From assembly GCA_012295275.1 (NCBI GenBank), contig CM022674.1, forward strand, positions 7,626,001 to 7,690,000: a stretch of DNA of 64,000 bases. Reading direction: 5' to 3'. Source of the stretch: Chrysomallon squamiferum. Lineage: Eukaryota > Animalia > Mollusca. Under the pieces are notes generated by a model, which was not told the origin of the DNA, searched no databases, and worked only from the letters and a program-made list of their open reading frames with translations. The number at the start of each line of letters is the position of its first letter. The stretch's first letter is position 1. A program made the position numbers and the translations under genes. Shown here piece by piece: positions 57,955 to 64,000 of this stretch.

Positions 57955-58658
57955 TGACCTGTGAGAAAGCATGCCTGTCGTACACGTGCTTCGCAATAGC
58001 ACGCTCTGTTTAGCACGTTAAATTTTTCCCCAGGTCCCAGATCCTCTTGGGGAATCCCCGAAGAGGTCACATGTACTGAAAGTGTACGGATCATAGTGAA
58101 GCCGCAATAGCGCTATTCAACTCGTTCGTTGTAATGTATCACACTTCTATGCTACATATCAGTATTAACAAAATTATTATTAACTGGCGCGTGGTCCAAA
58201 ACTTCAATACGTTTTTGAGTTTTATTTTAATACCATTTGTACTTATTAAATTATCACAGATAATACTATTAAATAATAATAGAAATAATGATGATGCACA
58301 TGATGAGATTATGATGAGGAGGATAATGATGCAGATAAATTATAAACTAATGTATTTTGTGGGTTTAGATGTGAGAAGCCAGTCAGAATATCAGCTGAAA
58401 CCTGGAGACAAGGTACGAGTGGATATAGATGCCAAAATAGTGAAGAAAATTTTGTCAGAAACTAAAGGAATGTGGCATGAAAAGATATCTGATGTTTATT
58501 TACTTTAATTAATTATAATATAAACATTTTTATAATCACAATAATAACCAAATAAAAATAAATGTGTGCGTGTTTATAAAATAAAATTATGCAAGTACCT
58601 CTCTTCTGCAGTCAGTAGTGACTGAAGGATATCTTAATATCAGAGCAACACTATTGTC
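57955..58658 (+). repeat. Inverted duplication of MIB-like intron 4, exon 5 and intron 5 (partner 50723-51465)
   Basis: Reverse-complement match over ~700 bp. The exon copy at 58369-58493 keeps AG/GT and its frame, with Q>R, V>I and F>L changes. Confidence 0.92.
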
Positions 58659-58659
58659 A

Positions 58660-58705
<46 letters not shown>

Positions 58706-58764
58706 CATATTTATTTATATATATTTTATTTTTTATATGGTGTCTGAATAATAGGAAGCTTCTA

Positions 58765-59094
58765 TCAACCAATTAATAATGCTGAGACATAGACAGTCGG
58801 TGACAGCCCGATTTTTATATCTGAAGCAGTCATTGGCTGTAATAGATTCCTTTCCCTAGTGAGAGCCAGACGTTTACAGGACTGAGAAAAATGTTCCATG
58901 TTTCTCCTAAACTTGGCAGAACATATGATTAATTCTAACAAGCTCAGTTTGAATTAGTGTCTTGAAATGAGAGACTGGTGAATGATAAAATAGAAAGAAA
59001 ATTAGAAATAAATAAATAGACGAAACGATAAATAAGCTTGAAATGAACCAATTAATAAAAAAGAAGGAACAAAATAATGATAATAATAATAATG

Positions 59095-59136
<42 letters not shown>

Positions 59137-61480
59137 TTAATACAAATAATAATAATAATAATTATTATTATTATTATTATTATTATAAAAATAAATAAAT
59201 AAAAATAATAATAATGGTGTGTCTGTCTGTATCTAAGTATGTATGTATGTATGTATGTATGTAAATTGAAGCTACCAGTGACAATGAAGCAAATGCTTTT
59301 CAGTACATAGTTTTAATTCATTTTTAAAATTGCACAATTGATATATTTACAGGATACAGACAGAAATAATTATCTTATCTGATATTACTCTAAGATAAAT
59401 TTCTGAATGTGAGTTTATATTTTTAATAGCACCATTTAAAAGCTGATAGCTGTTTTTAAAGGAGAGATCAGTTAAATATTTTATTATGTACAATTATTTT
59501 GTTTTACTTTTAGCCTGATAGTCTACTTGTTTCTGATTAGACAAGAATAAATCAATACATATTCAACTTCTCATAAAGAGAAAAGTTCATGCAAGGGGAA
59601 GTACTCCTTACAGCAGACTGACGAATGCTTTTATACGGTATAATAATACAACATATAATATTATTTAGATAATTTTATCGCATAGTTAGAAAATAATTAA
59701 TTATAATTATCAAGTAAAAAGAAATAAAATTTGAGAAATTCTCGTCAAACTACAGTGTCCATTGAATACTAATATTAGAATCAAAATATATACATGTTAA
59801 AAAAAGAAATAAAGAAATAACAATGCTGATTAAAGATTGTTTATACAGATTTATTATCCAGTTTAATATGATTATTAATAAAATTATTTCATTAAAATGA
59901 AATGATGTATTAATACAAAATTTACAGCAGTAATTAAGTATCACTTGTTAAAACAAAGTTCATTAAAAATATATAAAATCTTTCGAAATATTAATTAAAA
60001 AGTGATCCTGAATTGGAGTACACATAGTTATAACAGATAGCAAAGAGTATATATATATATATATATTTGATTTCAAGTGTGTAACGTTAAAACTATGATT
60101 ATATAAATTTGTTGCACACTTGTAAATCTATGGACTGCTATTAATAATAACCTACTATAATTATGATTTATTATTGTTATTGTTCTTAAGACAACAAACA
60201 TCTCTATATAATTAATGTAAGTATACACTACTGACAATAACCATCTCTGTATAGTTAATGTTATTGCACACTACTGAAAATAACCATCTCTATATAATTA
60301 ATGTTATTGCACACCACTGAAAATAACCATCTCTGTATAATTAACGTTATTTCACACTACTGATAATAACCATCTTTATATAATTAATGTTATTGTACAT
60401 TACTGACAACAAAAAACTCTATATAATTAACGTTATTGCACACTACTGACAATAACCATCTTTATATAATTAATGTAATTACACACTACTGAAAATAACC
60501 ATCCCTATATAATTAATGCTACTGCACACTACTGACAATAACCATCTGTGTATAATTAATGTTATTGCACACCACTGAAAATAACTATCTCTATATAATT
60601 AATGTAATTACAGACGACTAACAATAACCATCTCTGTATAATTAACGTTATTTCACACTACTGATAATAACCATCTTTATATAATTAATGTTATTGTACA
60701 TTACTGACAACAAAAAACTGAAATCACTGAAAATAACCATCACGGTATAATTATTGTTATTATCATTATTATTATTATTATTATTATTATTGTTAACAAA
60801 CATCTAGGTATAACTATTATTATTATTACATGCTATTATTAACAGACCTGTGTATAATTACTGTTATTACTTTCTGTTGAAACAAGTATCTAAAATGTTA
60901 TTAGAATCAGTATTATTGTTCCATTATATACATAAACCAAAAATAATCACCATCTCAACGAACTCCTGTAATTAAAGGGAAAGATTCCTTCCGTTAGCTG
61001 TTTAATTATCTCTCTTTGTTCAAAAAGAATTTTTCTCATCCTTGCTTGTTTTTCTAACAAAGGTTCATCTAACTGACGTTTTTTGAAGGCTCCATCTAGG
61101 AAGTAAGAGACACCCAAAATAAAATATCGTTAGTAAAATGTAATATACATAACATTAGGGGACTCTGTATATTCGTCGTATGAATCGCTTTATATACCAC
61201 AAAATGGACGATTTTGCAATGTGGAATAAAAGACTGCGCACACTTGTAAGCATAAACCTCCTACTTCGCTAATATATTAAACAACCATGATAACTTTAAA
61301 CATGACAAGTCACACTGTTTGCACGTTAACACTTACTGTGTATGTTATGGTATAATGGGTGTGTATAAGTATTTATGTATGTATGTTTGTATGTATGTGC
61401 ATATATATATATATTGATAAATATAAACAAACACACAACCATGCATACATTCATATAGCCATACATATAAAGATACATAC

Positions 61481-61524
<44 letters not shown>

Positions 61525-63179
61525 TACATACCTACTTAGGTATGTACGTATAAAATAAAAAGGAATGAAAAGAAAGGACAAATTAAAAAAGAAATTAGAA
61601 ATTTTATATCAGTTTATTTTTACACTTTGACTTTTGAAATTATTTTTAATTTACTTAATAATACTTTATTTTATTCTTTTTAATTTATTTAATTTTATAT
61701 ATACGTTATTTATTTATATTATTTATGCCTTAATTCATTACATATGCTTATTTCTACTTATCTGACGTTACCAGTAGTGTAATTTCAAAAATAAATATAT
61801 TAACTTACCCTGATCATCAGAACAATGATAAAATGTTGTCCAAACCGATCCTGAAAATGTTTCATGAGGAAGGGAAAACTCCTCAGACAAATACAAATTC
61901 TTTCCCAGTAGTGAGTAAACATGGTCATAAATTTCCTAGAAGTAATCATGATATTTTAAATTAGTTTTATTACTTCAAATATACATTAAAATAAACTCTA
62001 TCGTGCTCAGATACATAAACATATGTACACAGACATCTCTGTTTAAACACGTACACACTCGAATGTATATAGCTGTCTATCTATATATAAACACGTGCAT
62101 CTAGCTGTCTATCTATATATAAACACGTGCATCTAGCTGTCTATCTATATATAAACACGTGCATCTAGCTGTCTATCTATATATAAACACGTGCATCTAG
62201 CTGTCTATATATATATAAACACGTGCATCTAGCTGTCTATCTATATATAAACGTGCTCACGCACACATTCTGATGAACACTACTGTACGAGTACATGATG
62301 TGAACATACAAACATACATACAAGCATACATACACAGGCTACCCTGGTTTAAGCCGGGGAAGAAGGGCAGAGATGAACCAGAGAGCGTTTTCAAGAATAT
62401 TAACAATTGACGCTCTTGTTAATGTTTTAATCAGTTCATTGTGGTAAAACGTATCACCGACGTACCGTCACAGCAACCTCTTCACGACGTAAATTCGAAG
62501 AAAGAATGCAGTGGTATTTTGATACGATTTGTTCTTTTCACGCTAAAAGAAAACTAGTTACAACATATCACGTGTCATTTTTGGCTCGCCAGTTTTGTTT
62601 GTATATCAGCGTGTTTTCCTATGTAGCTTCCTTAATTACATATTATATAAACTCGTTAATGCTAGCCGCTTCCATTCTGATTAAAAAACACAAAACTATC
62701 TGACTTGCAGAAGAAAAAAGAAAAAAGAGAGACTCATTTTATAATATTTTTTAATTTTTAATTTTATTTAGTCCTTGCGTCAAAAGAACAAATCATTAAA
62801 TTTTTTAGAAATGTTTCTTATTTCTACTAACACGTTACACGGGTATCTAAACATTATTTTACTAACACAAACGAACAATTTATTCTTGTTCAAACTTACA
62901 GAAATAACTATATATCTGTCCTCTCTATTTTAGTTTGATATTTGAAAATATTAACCTGAAACCAGGTTGAAATAGTTAAACAGCGAACATCAGGATACAG
63001 CTCGATTTGATGGAAAGTTTTTTCATCTTCATTACCAAAAACGACGGCAACAAGGGCAAAGAACTCTGATTCTTTTATTCTGAGATTCTTTTCCCAGTTT
63101 AATACCAAGATAAATCTCAGAAGGTAACATTTGAAAGCCTTCTTTGTTTCATATCTGTCAAACCACGTTTTGTTAGGAT
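58765..63179 (-). CDS. Uncharacterised gene, last four exons (5'-partial); tentative FAM120/Asteroid-like C-terminal region
   Basis: Exons 63179-62956, 61935-61809, 61095-60951 and 58906-58765 join through GT-AG introns of phase 0, 1 and 2 into a stop-free ~211-aa frame (DPNKTWFDRYETKKAFKCYLLRF...ESEFFALVAVVF...PDVRCLTISTWFQEIYDHVYSLLG...LPHETFSGSVWTTFY...SALLIG*). The last exon is less certain because exon 3 could read through to TGA. Confidence 0.7.
60190..60760. repeat. 43-bp minisatellite
   Basis: ATAACCATCTCTATATAATTAATGTTATTGCACACTACTGAAA, about 13 copies. Confidence 0.9.
62070..62255. repeat. 32-bp minisatellite
   Basis: TAGCTGTCTATCTATATATAAACACGTGCATC, 5-6 near-perfect copies. Confidence 0.9.
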
Positions 63180-63190
63180 CTGAAAAAGAC

Positions 63191-63631
63191 TCGTTTGATT
63201 CTATAGATGGTCACAGAGGACTTTCTGGATTCGCTAGGCGTTCATTTGATTCAATCAATGGAAACAGTGGACTCTCAGGATTTGCTAAGCGCCCATTTGA
63301 TTCTATTAACGGGTACAGTGGTTTGTCCGGATTCGCTAGAAGGTCGTTCGATTCCATAAATGGCAACAGCGGTCTTTCCGGATTTGCAAAGAAGTCTTTT
63401 GACTCCATCAACGGTAATAGCGGATTATCCGGATTTGCAAAGAAGTCTTTTGACTCCATCAACGGTAATAGCGGATTATCCGGATTTGCAAAGAAGTCTT
63501 TTGACTCCATCAACGGAAATAGCGGGTTATCCGGATTTGCAAAGAAGTCTTTTGACTCCATCAACGGTAATAGCGGATTATCCGGGTTTGTAAAACGGGA
63601 AGCTGAAGTGGTTGACGGAACCGAGTCGTAG
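63191..63631 (+). pseudogene. 5'-truncated second copy (allele or duplicate) of pedal-peptide exon 2, 8 peptide units
   Basis: Near-identical to 31317-31757, with 3' UTR similarity continuing to the window end. Begins abruptly at SFDSIDGHRG with no cognate acceptor, spacer or signal peptide. Confidence 0.75.
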
Positions 63632-64000
63632 ACGAATCAAACAAACTGAATTTTAGATACACAAAGTGGACATTGTTAACTTTTCAAACACAACATGCTT
63701 TATTTAGCTCAGAAAATTATCTTTTTATGGATGGAAATAAAGTAAAAGAAAACCTCTTGAATTCGGTTAAATTGTTCACTTAGTGGTCAGTTTAAGAGAC
63801 ATTTTGCAGTGAACGTGATCAGTGACAGCATTTCAATTTATCTTTAGTTTTGTTTCACGTTAGCTCATGTCATAAGTACAAATATTAATACAGTTTAAAT
63901 AAATATTGAATACGAAATGAAATACATAATACATATTAATACTTATTAAATTATTATTAAATTCATAATGAATGTTATATACATAACAGTATTACATAGC

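Noticed and set aside
63131-63190. N-terminus MKAFFVSYLSNHVLLGSEKD as a signal peptide for a second precursor
   Set aside because: Starts at TTG, lacks a hydrophobic core, and is the antisense of the - strand gene's exon.

Overview
AT-rich, microsatellite-dense animal genomic DNA. The neuropeptide family points to a mollusc; the repeat landscape is compatible with a cephalopod, but species cannot be fixed from sequence. One 200-N scaffold gap at 44416-44615. Spliced genes reconstructed by hand: (1) a two-exon pedal-peptide/orcokinin-type neuropeptide precursor on + (TATA promoter and signal-peptide exon 15438-15518, ~15-kb phase-0 intron, exon 30507-31757 with 23 dibasic-flanked 15-mers such as SFDSINGHSGLSGFA); (2) a divergent mind bomb (MIB)-like E3 ligase on - with 12 phase-consistent exons (55521-46298; MIB/HERC2, ZZ, MIB/HERC2, two MIB repeats, ankyrins), whose RING-coding end is not visible; (3) four 3' exons of an uncharacterised gene on - (63179-58765) with tentative FAM120/Asteroid-like C-terminal similarity. 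A second, 5'-truncated, slightly different copy of the peptide exon starts at 63191 (probable other haplotype or recent duplicate). Also present: an inverted duplication of MIB exon 5 with a templated insertion, minisatellites seeded at splice donors, two hAT MITEs with 8-bp TSDs, a decayed LINE, a decayed Ginger2/KRBA2-like integrase, and many simple repeats.
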